A stretch of 64,000 nucleotides of DNA from an uncultured Acidobacteriota bacterium (lineage in GTDB: Bacteria > Acidobacteriota > Terriglobia > UBA7540): assembly GCA_963804995.1 (NCBI GenBank), contig CAWDSK010000006.1, positions 2,108,698 through 2,172,697 of the forward strand, written 5' to 3'. Made by a program: the position numbers and the translations under genes. The notes beneath the pieces are model-generated. The model did no database searches. It was not told the DNA's origin and saw nothing but the letters and a program-made list of their open reading frames with translations. Shown here in pieces: positions 11,401-22,118 of this stretch (position 1 is its first letter; every line of letters starts with the position of its first letter).

Positions 11401-11907
11401 GAGCAGACCAGCGGCCACCGGCCCCGACACAATCATGGTGTAAACGGTAAGCTGCATCAGACCGTTGGCCCGGGAGAGGTGCGAGTCCGGAAAGATCTGG
11501 GGCAGAATGCCTTCCTTGGCGGGGTCGAGGAAGGCCGCGTGGATGCCCAGCAGGAAGAGTACCGTCAGCATCGCGGTGACGTGCCCCACAAACATGGCGA
11601 AGGTGGCGAGCGCCAGCAAAGTCGCCTCAACAATCTTCATGAAGATGATCACCCGGCGCTTGGAGAAGTGATCGGCCACTTGGCCTGCGTAAGAGGAAAA
11701 CACGATGTAAGGCAGAACGTAGAGCGCGGTGCCGAGCGATATGAAAAGGTTCCGCCGGGCCAGGGAAGCCACGGTGGCGGTGACGAACAGGACCAGGAGT
11801 TGCTTGAAGGTGTTGTCGTCAAACACCGCCAGGGCCTGCGCGGCGAGCAGAAAGACGAATCCCCGGTTTTTCAGGACGTCCGAATATCCCCGCGAAGCAG
11901 TTGGCAT
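8473..11907 (-). CDS. aas: MFS + PlsC acyltransferase + acyl-ACP synthetase fusion (Aas/LplT-like)
   Basis: N-terminal multi-TM MFS, NHISFAD, FAEG, SSGSTGTPKG, GYGCTE; GAGG RBS before MPTASR. Confidence 0.9.
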   Translation of the reverse strand: MPTASRGYSDVLKNRGFVFLLAAQALAVFDDNTFKQLLVLFVTATVASLARRNLFISLGTALYVLPYIVFSSYAGQVADHFSKRRVIIFMKIVEATLLALATFAMFVGHVTAMLTVLFLLGIHAAFLDPAKEGILPQIFPDSHLSRANGLMQLTVYTMIVSGPVAAGLLLDTYLSRPYIPVALLIGTALVGLVMATGISRVPAIAAGEKFRWNAFSEFWHDFAEIRASQALFRTVLAIAYFWFLGAVYLQNVIGYGRDLLHLSNTGISYLTATVSIGIGLGAFVAGKLSGDRVELGLVPIGSVGLGVFGVLLFFTPHSYAYSLLGHFLLGFSGGIFIIPLQSYLQAHAGEHSKGRVIAASNVLTFTGVFLGAGIFMFLSGPCQLPPNQVLLVMAVISFGATAHILTVLPDFAIRLCLFLLTHTFYRIEVRGAENLPRRGPALLVCNHISFADPFLIAACTQRFIRFLMYRRFYETTGIHWLAKLMGAIPISETDKPRELVESLRVAQDRLREGHLVCIFAEGAITRTGNLLRFRRGFERITRGLEVPIVPIHLDRVWGSIFSFERGHFFFKWPRRIPYRVTVSFGAPLAGNASAFQVRQAVMALSADAFARREGAQRPLPELFLDNARRNWGRFAMADSFGRRVNFGQALIGALLFRRRVIEQCASDKMVGVLLPPSVPAALLNFGISLSGRVPVNLNYTASHQALDVAVERCEIKTIYTSQKLLDRFGMERRPGMVMIEEVAESFGKRDKLIWAAVSRLIPTALLRRWLIPRDVKLDSLATVIFSSGSTGTPKGVMLSHRNIVSNLEGVQQAINVDRRDCLLGILPFFHSFGFTIGLWLPAISGFGVAYHSNPLEARKIGELCRKYHVTILVTTPTFAWEYVRRTEPEDLASLRVAIVGAEKMKPELADVFREKFHLDLFQGYGCTELSPVVAVETSGYSGSDQKQVGAKRGTVGHPIPGVAVRIVSPDTFATLDAGQEGMLLVKGPSVMVGYLGEPDRTRQVIWEDGWYITGDVGQLDEDGFIKITDRLARFSKIGGEMVSHVQVEDALHRALGSLEPRLVVTLVSDDQKGERFVVLHTELGLTVDELLKRMRDSGLPKLWVPRKENFFPVPALPVLGSGKLDLKQVKETAQRLSADVAAGE

Positions 11908-12080
11908 GTGTTTCCTCCCCGGCACACAATCATTACGGTCGCCGCCCGATGCTGGAATCGCGCACATCGGTTCGGTCCGGACATTGAAATTCTGGGAAGG
12001 CCATGGAGCGTGGGTGTTCGCTCTCGGCCATTCTAGAGCATTCGGCGCTGGAGCAAAAGTGCATTTCGGTGGCGCGGTGT

Positions 12081-12209
12081 TCATAACGGCCTCCCGGGGT
12101 AGCGCGCCCACGCCGCCAAGGCTTCGACCCAAACTCTCCAAGGCCATAACAAAGTTACGACGCCGAGTACCAGCGGTCCCACCACCACGACCATAATCTC
12201 GATTCCCAT
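12081..12209 (-). CDS. Putative 42-aa single-TM small protein
   Basis: MGIEIMVVVVGPLVLGVVTLLWPWRVWVEALAAWARYPGRPL with purine-rich RBS, upstream of aas. Confidence 0.4.
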   Translation of the reverse strand: MGIEIMVVVVGPLVLGVVTLLWPWRVWVEALAAWARYPGRPL

Positions 12210-12387
12210 GTTTTCCACCCTCGCGCTGGAGATTAAGCGAGAGACGCGGGGCGCGGCCACAGGGGGCGTTACAGTTTGCGAAGTGTCACAGGCGTGCGGT
12301 TTTCGCTGCAAGGCCCTATCCGGCTGACGTATATTACATTTCGCATCGAGCCCTGGTGCTGGCGTAAACTCGAGGCGGGCCATCTTT

Positions 12388-13284
12388 ATGGACATTCGCA
12401 TCAGCCGGGAAAGTGAAATCCCTCTCCGGCAGCAATTGGCGGAGCAGATTGTATTCCTCATTGCCACGGACCAGCTCCGGCCGGGCCAGGCGCTGCCCAG
12501 TGTGCGGGAATTGGCGCGCCGTCTGAAGATTCACCACAACACTGTGAGCGAGGCTTACCAGGATCTGGTCAGCCGCACGTGGGTGGTGCGCCGGCGCGGC
12601 AGCCGCGTCATTGTCCGCTCGCGCGAAGCAACGGTCCATCCTCTTGCCGCGGGCAGCCTCAACGATCTGATTAACGAGCTGATTCGCGTGGCGCGTGAAC
12701 AGGGCTATTCTCTCCAGGCATTGCGCGACCGTCTCCGCCAACGCTTGCTGGCTGAGGCGCCCGACCACATCCTGGTGGTGGAAGCGGATGCGGGCCTGCG
12801 CCGCCTGCTGGCGGAAGAAATCCGCGTGGCGCTCAACTGGCCAGTGGAGGTCTGCTCGCGCCAGGAGTTGGCCGCGAATCCCGGTCTCGCCATTGGCGCG
12901 CTCGCTGTAGCCGCGCACTATGCCATTCCCAACGTCGATGCGCTGCTGCCCCATGACCGTCCCGCCATTCCACTGGCTTTCTCAGCCGCAGATGAGCACC
13001 TGGAATCGATCCGCAAGCGGCGTGAGCCTTCGGTCGTCGCGGTGGTGTCAGTGAGCGAGGGCTTTTTGCAGACGGCGCGCAGTTTGCTGCCGCCCGCCAT
13101 CGGCAGCCGCCATGTATTCCAGGAGTTCCTGCTGCCGCTCTCAGACCCCAAAGCCCTCAAAGGCGCCAACGTCGTCTTTGCGGATTCCCTTGCCGTGCGC
13201 GAGGTCAAACATCGCAGCGTCATTACTTATCGGCTGATTGCCCCGGCCTCACTCACCTACCTCGCGAGCGCCGTGAAATCCTAG
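12388..13284 (+). CDS. GntR (YtrA-like) transcriptional regulator
   Basis: LRPGQALPSVRELARRLKIHHNTVSEAY winged helix. Confidence 0.9.
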   Translation: MDIRISRESEIPLRQQLAEQIVFLIATDQLRPGQALPSVRELARRLKIHHNTVSEAYQDLVSRTWVVRRRGSRVIVRSREATVHPLAAGSLNDLINELIRVAREQGYSLQALRDRLRQRLLAEAPDHILVVEADAGLRRLLAEEIRVALNWPVEVCSRQELAANPGLAIGALAVAAHYAIPNVDALLPHDRPAIPLAFSAADEHLESIRKRREPSVVAVVSVSEGFLQTARSLLPPAIGSRHVFQEFLLPLSDPKALKGANVVFADSLAVREVKHRSVITYRLIAPASLTYLASAVKS

Positions 13285-13484
13285 GCCGCGGCGTGGTATG
13301 CTGAATGGGGCCTTTGAAAACAGGCGCCAGGAATCAATCCAACCATAAGTGCGGTCCCGAGTGGATGGGAACTGTCCGCGCCCCCTGCATCATCTAATGT
13401 GCTTGGATCGCAGGACGCCGTTGAGTTGTGAGGTAGCAGTGACGCAGAGATCGCCCCGTCCACCCTTCGAAAGGTCATGACCCC

Positions 13485-14270
13485 GTGAAGAAACCCGGAA
13501 GCGAAAGTTACGTGGAGTTCCCGAACCACCAAGGCAAGACGTTGCGCGGCATGCTGCATCGGCCCATCGGGGTCCTTAACCGGCGGCGCGCCCCGGCCGT
13601 CGTAATGTTCCACGGATTCACCGGTGACCGAATGGAGTCGCATTGGATGTTTGTGAAGTGTGCGCGGGCTCTGGCGCGGGCGGGGATGGCGTCTTTGCGG
13701 TTCGATTTCTCAGGTTCAGGTGAATCCGACGGCGACTTTCGCGACGTGACTCTGCGCGGGGAGATTGCGGAGGGCCGCGCGGCGGTGGAGTTCGTGTGCA
13801 GCCGGAAAGGAATCGACCCGAAACACGTGGGGCTGCTGGGCCTTTCCATGGGTGGAACCGTCGCGGCCACGCTTGCGCACAGCCTCAATGTCAGTTCCGT
13901 GGTGCTCTGGAGCGCGCTGGCGCACACGGCGCGACTTCGCGAACTGATGGCGAAGTCCGTCAAGCCCATTCCCGGCAAACATGGGGCGGTCGAATACGAA
14001 GGGCGCGAAATTTCCCCGCGCTTCCAGGACAACGCTCTGAAGGTTGAGCCCATCCGGCACATCAAACAATACAAAGGTCCCACGCTCGTTATCCATCCCG
14101 AAAAGGACGAGACGGTGCCGCCTTCCCATGCGCGAGACTTTTACCAGGCGGTGGGGACGAAAATCAAAGAGCTCGTCACGATCCCCGGCGCCGACCACGT
14201 GTTCACGTCCATTCCCTGGGAACGCGAAGTCATTGACCGCACCGTGCAGTGGTTCGGACGTTATCTTTAG
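13485..14270 (+). CDS. Alpha/beta hydrolase
   Basis: HGFTG, GLSMGG nucleophile, D and GADH triad. Confidence 0.88.
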   Translation: MKKPGSESYVEFPNHQGKTLRGMLHRPIGVLNRRRAPAVVMFHGFTGDRMESHWMFVKCARALARAGMASLRFDFSGSGESDGDFRDVTLRGEIAEGRAAVEFVCSRKGIDPKHVGLLGLSMGGTVAATLAHSLNVSSVVLWSALAHTARLRELMAKSVKPIPGKHGAVEYEGREISPRFQDNALKVEPIRHIKQYKGPTLVIHPEKDETVPPSHARDFYQAVGTKIKELVTIPGADHVFTSIPWEREVIDRTVQWFGRYL

Positions 14271-14556
14271 GCACGGCGGGGGCTGGATCGCTTGCCCCCG
14301 AGCCCTTTTTGGTGCTGTTCTAAGTTAGTGAGGACAGGCATTTGACTTTCGTTTCGCACCGCATGGGTCCGCGATCGGGCTCACCCGGATTAGTCCCCAA
14401 AAGTTGGAACAACAGTACCCAATTTGTTTCAAGAGGATAAGCGTGGTAACCTTTTTACCGCTTGGCGCGTCACATGAATGACGCCTCAAATTCTCACCCC
14501 TTGATAAAGATCAAGTGTAATAATGCCGATAAGGGAATAGGGGATTGGCCGCAACT

Positions 14557-15330
14557 ATGGTGTATCGACTCCAGTGGACGCTGCACTTGGTTCTTGCCGC
14601 ATATGTAATCCTTGCCGCCGCCCTTTCATCGGCTGTTGCGCAAGAAGCGCCGCAGGCGCCCACGGGAGCAACTCCGCAAGTCCAATCTGAGACTAAGACC
14701 AAGAAAGCAGATACTCCGCCAGACCCCGCAAAACCCCAGAATGACCGGATTTTCTTTGCCTTGCCCAACTACCTGACCGTAGAAAACGCTTCCTCACTCC
14801 CCCCGCTTACTGCCAAGCAAAAATTCAAGATACAAGCCCTCGGCACTTTCGACCCCGTGGAATTGACCTACATTGGCATTGCCGCAGGCATCAACCAGTT
14901 CAGCAACAGTGAGCCTGCCTATGGGCAAGGATTTGTCGGCTATGTGAAGCGCTATGGGACATCGTTTGGCGACACCATGATCGGAAACTTTATGACCGGC
15001 GCTGTGTTCCCTACACTGTTGCGGCAGGATCCTCGCTACTATCAAATGGGAAAGGGAAGGTTCATCCACCGCGCTGCCTACGCCGCTTGCCGGGTTTTCG
15101 TCACCCGCTCGGATTCCGGTCACAAAGAGTTCAACTTTTCCGAACTCCTCGGCAATGGCGTGGCAGCCGGGATTTCCAACGCCTACCATCCTCGGCCCCG
15201 GACATTCATGAATAGCGTGAGTATCTGGGGGACACAGATCGCCTGGGACGCAACTTCTTATGAACTGAAAGAATTCTGGCCCGACCTTCACCGCAAGTTC
15301 CGCAGGCACGCCTCAGCGCCATCACAATAG
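14557..15330 (+). CDS. Conserved hypothetical exported/membrane protein
   Basis: Signal peptide; RIF..LPNY, YGQG, QDPRYY, EFWPD motifs; start uncertain. Confidence 0.7.
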   Translation: MVYRLQWTLHLVLAAYVILAAALSSAVAQEAPQAPTGATPQVQSETKTKKADTPPDPAKPQNDRIFFALPNYLTVENASSLPPLTAKQKFKIQALGTFDPVELTYIGIAAGINQFSNSEPAYGQGFVGYVKRYGTSFGDTMIGNFMTGAVFPTLLRQDPRYYQMGKGRFIHRAAYAACRVFVTRSDSGHKEFNFSELLGNGVAAGISNAYHPRPRTFMNSVSIWGTQIAWDATSYELKEFWPDLHRKFRRHASAPSQ

Positions 15331-15392
15331 GTTCAGCCCGGAAATCTCACCACGGTTCTGGAAGGGCGGCTTGCCGCCACAATCAGCACCAC

Positions 15393-15517
15393 CCCTTTAT
15401 CTTGTCAGCACCACCCCGGCGCTCTGAGCGCCACCCCTCCTCATCTGAGGCGGGGAGTTCCTTAACCACTCCCCTCCTGATTTAGGAGGGGTGGCGCGCC
15501 GAGCGACGGGGTGGTTA
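15393..15517. repeat. REP-like palindromic element
   Basis: caccacccc..ccacccctcctcatctgagg...ggaggggtgg..ggggtggt; near copy at 22482-22637. Confidence 0.8.
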
Positions 15518-15573
15518 CACGAGCCCCTCAGGCAACGGGGTGTTTACCGGCAGCGCCTACCTCGCCCACCGCG

Positions 15574-17568
15574 CTATTTCCCGGTTATCTGGGAATAGCG
15601 CAGCTCCTGTTTCACGATGTCACGCGGATAGGCAATCTCCACGTCGTCGATTCTGCCGCCCGCCCCGAAGACCGGGTTGAGGATAGGATTGACGCCGCAC
15701 CAGAAGGTGGGCAGATCGAGCCGCTTGAAGCGCGCGAGGACCTGGTCACGCCAGGCGGTATTGAAGTGAATGCCATACTGGTTAATGAGCGCCTTCGCCC
15801 CGTCGTAATCGCCTTCGGCCTTGATGCGCATCAGCTCCGCCAGCAGCATGCCCACGCCCTTACGCATCTGGTCATAGTCTTTCACCGCCAGGTAAACCTT
15901 GCCATCGCGCTCGATGATCTGGATAGCGCCGGTCTTCTCGCGAATGTAGTGGACGATAAGCTGGGTGCCGCGCCGGTGGTCTTCCTCGATGGTGTCGCCC
16001 GTGGGGAACTCACGCAACTGGGTGAGCGCCGCGCGCGCTTCGCCGTCGTAAGCGGCCTTGGCGACTTCGAGATCAGGGATGGCGTGGATTTCCACGAGCT
16101 TGGGGTCGAAGAAATTCCACAATGCAACGAGGTCAGCGCGGGCTTCCTCGAGCGTCGAGTAATACTCCTTGAGGTAGACGGCCGGTTCCTGGGTGAGTTT
16201 CGGATTCATCTTGCCGGAGCCGTGGCCCAGCACTTCGTGCATGGCGGTGTAGAGATCGTTCGCCAGGGCCTGGTATTTCTCCGCCCGCGCGCGCTCCTCG
16301 TCGGAAGAGGCGAACTCGCTGGTGGCCTTCATGCCCCGCGCTGCTGTCAGGGCGCGCGTGGTTCCGGTAAAGATGAAACTCTTGCTGCCATACTTGTCGT
16401 GGATTTCCGCTTCGTTGGGCAGATTTTCGCCGATGGTGGTAACGTCGAAATCCGCGGTCTCAATCAGCGCCTCCACGGTGTTCACGATGGGCGGATGCGG
16501 CGCCTCCATCTTGTACTTGTTGTCCCAGGGTGCGCGTTGCTCAAAGTACTTGGCGTTGGCGGCAAATTCCTTCATCAACTTGTTCATCTTCTCGTCGACG
16601 ACGGTTACGTAAGCCTGCGCCGCCCCCTTCAATCCACGCGCGTCCTTGTAAACCTCAATGAAGCCGTTGGTGAAGTCCACCGGGGAGTCATCGTGCACCC
16701 AGTCGATATTGAACTGCCGCCAGTCCGCCGGGTCGCCGGTCTGGTAGTACTGGATCAGATCCCGCAGGACTTTTTTCTTGGCCGTGTCGGCATAGGGCAA
16801 GGCCAGCGTCAGATAGCGAATGGCGCGGTTCAGTTCCGCGGCATAGAGGCCCTGCGGAATCTTCCCGTTCATATTTCCGGTGCGATAGACCTGCTCGATG
16901 AGTTTGCCGTCTTTTTTCACCAGGCGCGAGTTGAGCGGATACTTATCGTGAAAGTCCGTCAGGTCGCTCGTCGCCACGCCCTCGTAAAGATTATTGCCGC
17001 TGGCCACAAGCGGGTCCTCGCCGTTCTTGGGATTCTTCAGCGTGAGGTAGGGCTGAAAGTCAGCGTCGAAGATCGGCTTGCGCAGGTCTTCAAGCTGCTT
17101 GTGGAGCTTGGCCAGCGGGCCCAGCGCGGCGCGATTCCTGAGAGCTTGCTCAGCCGCCGCTTGCAGTTCCTCGTAAGTGAACTCCGGCAGAAACTTCTGC
17201 GAGGTGAAGGAGTTGTGGTTCCCGTGATTCCCCCAATAGAGCTTGGTGTAGTCGGTCAGCTTCTTGAGGACGACCGGGTCAATGCCCCGCGAATGCGTCA
17301 CGATCTCTTCGAGCAGGCGCTTCAGTTCCAGGCCGTATGCGGAGTTCTGGTCGTAAACAATGGGGTCGATGGCGATAGCGGCCAGAGAAAGGAAGTGCGC
17401 CAACACCTTCTGCTCGCGCGGCAGATCCTTGAAACTCTCCGCCTCAAGCTGCACGAAGCCCGTCTGGCCAACCCGGTCTACCAGAGGGGAAGGCGGGGAT
17501 GACTCCTGGGCGAAGACCACTTGTCCTACCAGAAGTGTAAGCATACAGAGCACGATTTCGTTGCGCAC
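15574..17568 (-). CDS. Peptidase M49 (dipeptidyl peptidase III), exported
   Basis: HEVLGH and EEARAD motifs, IGENLPN; signal peptide. Confidence 0.92.
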   Translation of the reverse strand: MRNEIVLCMLTLLVGQVVFAQESSPPSPLVDRVGQTGFVQLEAESFKDLPREQKVLAHFLSLAAIAIDPIVYDQNSAYGLELKRLLEEIVTHSRGIDPVVLKKLTDYTKLYWGNHGNHNSFTSQKFLPEFTYEELQAAAEQALRNRAALGPLAKLHKQLEDLRKPIFDADFQPYLTLKNPKNGEDPLVASGNNLYEGVATSDLTDFHDKYPLNSRLVKKDGKLIEQVYRTGNMNGKIPQGLYAAELNRAIRYLTLALPYADTAKKKVLRDLIQYYQTGDPADWRQFNIDWVHDDSPVDFTNGFIEVYKDARGLKGAAQAYVTVVDEKMNKLMKEFAANAKYFEQRAPWDNKYKMEAPHPPIVNTVEALIETADFDVTTIGENLPNEAEIHDKYGSKSFIFTGTTRALTAARGMKATSEFASSDEERARAEKYQALANDLYTAMHEVLGHGSGKMNPKLTQEPAVYLKEYYSTLEEARADLVALWNFFDPKLVEIHAIPDLEVAKAAYDGEARAALTQLREFPTGDTIEEDHRRGTQLIVHYIREKTGAIQIIERDGKVYLAVKDYDQMRKGVGMLLAELMRIKAEGDYDGAKALINQYGIHFNTAWRDQVLARFKRLDLPTFWCGVNPILNPVFGAGGRIDDVEIAYPRDIVKQELRYSQITGK

Positions 17569-17716
17569 GATTGCCCCCCTAGTGTTCGGAATGTTGTTTT
17601 ATACCAGACTCCCAGCGCCTGAGGCCAGCAGAGAATCCCTGTCCTTATACGAACGTCGTGCCGGCCTTATGGTTTTTGAGTTCCTGGAATTCTCAAACGC
17701 CCCGAACCCCCAAGTG

Positions 17717-17997
17717 ACCCCTCACCCGTCCCGCTCCGGCTGGTAAATGCGCCGGCAGCGGTCCACCCTCTCCCCCCGGAGAGGGCTAGACATCGTAAAT
17801 CCCAGCGTTCTCCCTGGGGAAAAGGCCATTATCCGGTTCCGGTCAGGAGAGGGTTATCTCGAAGCCCCCCGAATTGGAGAACCATTCTCTGTGTATGCCG
17901 AACGAGCACCCCACCTTGAATAACAGCCCTCTCCGAGGGGGAGAGGGTGGACCGCAACCGGCGTTTTCATCAGCCGGGGCGGGACGGGTGAGGGGTT
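17717..17997. repeat. REP doublet (CCCTCACCC..CCCTCTCCC/GGAGAGGG family)
   Basis: Inverted arms 17717-17787 and 17926-17997. Confidence 0.8.
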
Positions 17998-18059
17998 ACT
18001 TCATCATCCGATGAACCGACCCGTACCCAACTAGTTTGTTTGCGGCTCCGCCGCCAGCC

Positions 18060-19505
18060 CTACCCCTGCTCTTTTTCCGCCAAAGCAACGATGCGAGCCA
18101 ACCCCGCCAGCACCTGCGGTTCCAGGCGAGGTTCCGGCGGGCTCTTCAGAATCGTCTTCACACGTTCTGCCGCCAGTTCCGCGGAGCTCTTCGCTCCGGC
18201 CTCCATCCAGGCCTCAGGATTCAGCCGCGTCGCGAGCCGCGAAAAGCGAAACTCCCGGCGCATGTATTTCAGGGTGTGGGGTTCCGCCAGGTAATGGTGA
18301 TTGGGGCCTACCGCCGCGATCACCTCCAGCCCCAGCGTATCGGCGTTAACGTCAATCCCTTCGCACATGCGGAAGATCCGCTCATAGATGTCGTCGTCGA
18401 TGACCAGTTGTTCCAGGCTGGCGGTCCCCACGGTCGCGAGACTTCCTGCTCCTCCATTCAAGACCGCGCCACTGAGCACGGCGGAATACCCCGTAATCAA
18501 TTTCTCCACGGCGGACTGTGCGTCACAAATATGCGAGTCCGTCGTCAAGCCGTTGCTGGCAGTGGGAATTCCATAGCTCCGGCCCAAGTCAACCAATGCA
18601 GCCGCCAGCAGGCCAATCTCCGTATAGCCCATGGAGGCGATGCTGGTGGTCATGTCGAGCACGACGGGGTGGCCGGCGTAGATGATTTTCGTCCCGGGCC
18701 GGGCGAGTTGCGCCACCACGATACCTGCCAGGATTTCCGCATTCATGATGACCAGAGTCCCCGCCAGCGTGATGGGGGCGGTGGCGCCGGTGACCGCGGA
18801 AGAATTAACGATGATGGGCCAACCGTAATCCGCCGCCGCCAGCACCACATCCATCTGGCCCTGGGAGTAAATGAGCGGGCTGTTGCAGGAGGACATGACG
18901 ATGGCTTTGGGGGCTCGCTGGTCCGGAAGCGCTTCGAGCATGCGGACCACCCACTGGATGGTGCGGCCGGAAAAAGGCGCCATCAGGATGGGCTTGGTCG
19001 CAAGGCGCAGCATCGCTTCCGCCGCCCACACGTCGCGAACCTCAAGCGGCACATCCCAGGGGTAGAGTCCGGTGACGAGAGAAAGATTCGGAAGAGCCTC
19101 GACAACCCGGACCCATGCCTCCAGGTCCTTCCTCAACACCTCGCGGCGCCGCTTCACGTCGTGGTCCGCGATCCAATCGAGCGACATGACCGGTCGCCCC
19201 CGCGGCGGGCTGGTGGGGCTGAGAACCATGTCCCTGGACGGGTGTTGGCCTGTCACCAGAAATTCCGAGGGGACGGTGCGCAAGGTTTTCTCCACCAGCG
19301 ACGCCGGGATTTTAGCGTGGTGAGTTCCGGAGGCGACGGTTGCGCCCGCTTCTGCCAGCAGGGTGAGCGCCCTCGGGTGCTCGATCAGAATTCCCACTTC
19401 TTCCAGGACCCGCAACGAACCCTGGCGGATGGAATCAACGTCTTCCTCCGTCAGAACTTGTCGGCGCAAGAGTCTGTTGTGACGTGTAGCGTTTTGTGTC
19501 CCCAT
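18060..19505 (-). CDS. Non-pyrrolysine MttB (trimethylamine methyltransferase superfamily)
   Basis: SPL, GATAPITLAGTL, NAEILAG, EQLVIDD; no in-frame amber codon. Confidence 0.88.
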   Translation of the reverse strand: MGTQNATRHNRLLRRQVLTEEDVDSIRQGSLRVLEEVGILIEHPRALTLLAEAGATVASGTHHAKIPASLVEKTLRTVPSEFLVTGQHPSRDMVLSPTSPPRGRPVMSLDWIADHDVKRRREVLRKDLEAWVRVVEALPNLSLVTGLYPWDVPLEVRDVWAAEAMLRLATKPILMAPFSGRTIQWVVRMLEALPDQRAPKAIVMSSCNSPLIYSQGQMDVVLAAADYGWPIIVNSSAVTGATAPITLAGTLVIMNAEILAGIVVAQLARPGTKIIYAGHPVVLDMTTSIASMGYTEIGLLAAALVDLGRSYGIPTASNGLTTDSHICDAQSAVEKLITGYSAVLSGAVLNGGAGSLATVGTASLEQLVIDDDIYERIFRMCEGIDVNADTLGLEVIAAVGPNHHYLAEPHTLKYMRREFRFSRLATRLNPEAWMEAGAKSSAELAAERVKTILKSPPEPRLEPQVLAGLARIVALAEKEQG

Positions 19506-19540
19506 GATTGTCTCCCTGTCTACCCCTCGATTGATTGGCC

Positions 19541-19733
19541 GGGTAGCCACGGTGTCGCCACGGCGACCCGTTCTGACCGTGGGCTTTTCTCATGCCCGAG
19601 ATCCCAGCGGCAACCGCACATCGTCAATCTGAATGGGCACGCCGCTTGGGTCACCCTATGCAACACAAAATTGTTGTAGCTCAACCACCGCCAGAAGAAC
19701 CCACGGTCAGAACGGCACTGACCGTGGCTACCC
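19541..19733. repeat. GTAG-type REP doublet
   Basis: gggtagccacggt ... accgtggctaccc with internal ccgttctgaccgtggg/cccacggtcagaacgg. Confidence 0.75.
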
Positions 19734-19789
19734 CGCTTTTTAGCAAACATTTTGGGGCGCAGGTTGAAAGTCGCCGCTACGATCCAAGA

Positions 19790-19945
19790 GACCCCTCATC
19801 CGCTTCGTACCTCAGCACCTTCTCCCGCCTCGGCGGATCTGCGACCCCTGGGAGAACGTTAGAAATCAAACCGCCCTCTCCGAGGGGAGAGGGTGGACCG
19901 CCGCCGGCGTTCTCACCAGCCGGGGCGGGACGGGTGAGGGGTCAC
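19790..19945. repeat. REP doublet (GGAGAGGG..GGGTGAGGGG family)
   Basis: Right arm nearly identical to 17926-17997. Confidence 0.75.
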
Positions 19946-19982
19946 TTTGCCAGTCCATAACCACTTGGTTGCGGCCGCCGCG

Positions 19983-21975
19983 CTACCTCGTCTGCGCTAC
20001 CGGCTTGGGAACGAATTTCTCAATACTCACTTCAGCCGGAGCCGCTAACGTCGCCAATACATCCAAATCGAAATACTTGTACAAATCCAGGCAGAAAAGG
20101 TCGGGGGCCTGGTTGTAAGTCACGGGGGCTTCCAGCAAAAACCCCAGGCTCGCCATCCCTTCGTGAACTTTGATCTGGGCGAACAAATCGGGTTCAAGCG
20201 CCGCAGCCACGAGCGCGATCACCTGACTGCGGATTCCCGTGCATTCCACTCGCACTTCCGTGACCCCGGCTTGCTGCCCGACCCAATGCGCGATTTCAAT
20301 GAGCTGCGCAGCTTCCATTCCCAGGGGACGAGTCCCGACCGTCGCGAAGATCTGGGAGTAGTCAGCCAGCTCTATACCCTTCCAGGCATCACCCGTGAAC
20401 ATCAGGTCAAGCGCCAAAACTTTCTCATCGCGATTCACGCGGTCCGACACTTCAGCGCCCGCCGCGCCCTTGCCCTGGTCATTAAGCACGATGGTCACCG
20501 GGGTTTTGGCGGGAGTGACGATTCCCTTCAGGTAAACCCCGTTGGCGCTCAAGCCATTGCTCATTTCAAATAGATAGGATTTTGTTTCGAGGCCCTTGTT
20601 CTTGCTATTGGCGAGTGTCCAGACGCGGGCCAGATGAGCCGGCTGGTAACGGATCACCGAGCTGAGCTGCTTCCGTTGAGCGGCGATCCATGCTGATTTT
20701 TGGGGGTCCTCAACGGGCACAGGCGGACGGCTGATTTCACGGCCCAGTTTCCGTGCCAGGTCAAGGATCGTCAGGTTGTCAGGGGGAAGCCCTACGACCA
20801 ACTCATCGTAACTTTTGATCTCAGAGCCTGAGGGAATCTCCTTCTCATCCACCGGCAATTTGAATTGCTGGCTGAAAAACCGGTAAGCCTGCTCGCGGTT
20901 ATAGAGTTGGTAATTGTGCGTTGATGGGTCACGATTCTCGTAATACTGGAAGACGTCTTCCTTGCCGTAAAGTTTGAAGAAGGGCCGGATGTTATCAAAA
21001 ACCAGACCCTTCACCATGGGACCGCGAAAGCAACAATCGTCTTCGGCGTTATAAACCAGCAAGGTGGGGCGCGGGCTCATCATCGCCGTCAGGTGCGTAT
21101 AATCCACGCCATCGAGCAGGTCCGTACCATTCTGCTCGATGTCCCCCAGGTCGCCGAATTTCCTTGCCTCGATTTTGGTGCCGAGGGAGGCGTAGCCCGC
21201 CACCGGAACCGAGACCTTCACCCTTTCATCCAGAGCGCTCAACACAATCGTCTGCCAACCGCCGCCGGAGAGGCCGGTAACGCCTAACCGGTCGCGGTCC
21301 ACGTTGGGGTGGTTGTAAAGGTAATCGAGTCCGCGCCGCATCTCGAGGTAGAACAATCCCAGTCCGTTTTGACCCACCAGGTCAAGGTGCGCCCCGAACC
21401 AATGCTGGTTCCCCTCCTTGTGCAATTCGCCAAAATAAAACCATTCGAGGTTCAGGGCCAGGATGCCTCGCTTGGCAAAGTTGATGCAGCGCTTCTGCTT
21501 GTATTCCACCGATTTTCCCGGCGGCCCCACATGCCCGTTCACATTGAGGATGGCCGGCGCCTTGCCCTGTAGGTGTTCGGGCTCGTAAAGAATGGCTACG
21601 GACTGGAACCCCGGGACAATCTCATAACGCAATTTGCGCAGCCTGTACCCCTGGCCGGTTTCGATGACGCCCAGGTCTTCGAACTTGGGCGCCGAGTTCA
21701 CCACTTCCTCCGGCCAGCCATGGAACACCACATCCTTCAACAAATGCTGGCGCAAGCGTTGGGCTTCGCCCGTCCACTCAGCGGGCGTGGTGGCAACGGG
21801 CGGCGCGGCGACTCGGCTCAAGAGATACTTCTTCACCTGATATAAGGCCACATTGGGAGCAAGAATCTCTTCCTTCAGGATCGGCTCGAACTTGCTCGGG
21901 ATCGGTTTGGGCGAAGAGGAGACCACTGGGTAAGAATAGAAGTGCGAGTAGGAAGAACGTTGCCCGGACTGCCAT
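19983..21975 (-). CDS. Exported acetylxylan esterase-like alpha/beta hydrolase, frameshifted near 21890
   Basis: Signal peptide MAVRATFFLLALL..FAQ in one frame joins EPILKEE if one T is removed; GLSGGG nucleophile. Confidence 0.8.
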
Positions 21976-22118
21976 CCTCGTCCCCAAGTGAACCCCTTGC
22001 TTGTGGCGGACAGGACTGGTGGCAGGATGATCTTGGTTTCCTGCCTCGCGGTTGACGCCTTTCGAAAATTGCTTGCTGGTTTTCTTCATTGCCATGGGAT
22101 CCTCTCTCGATAATTGGT

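Noticed and set aside
18060..19505. Pyrrolysine-containing MttB
   Set aside because: No in-frame TAG; ORF is continuous
19510..19980. Cobalamin riboswitch upstream of mttB
   Set aside because: No B12-box seen; structure is explained by REP elements
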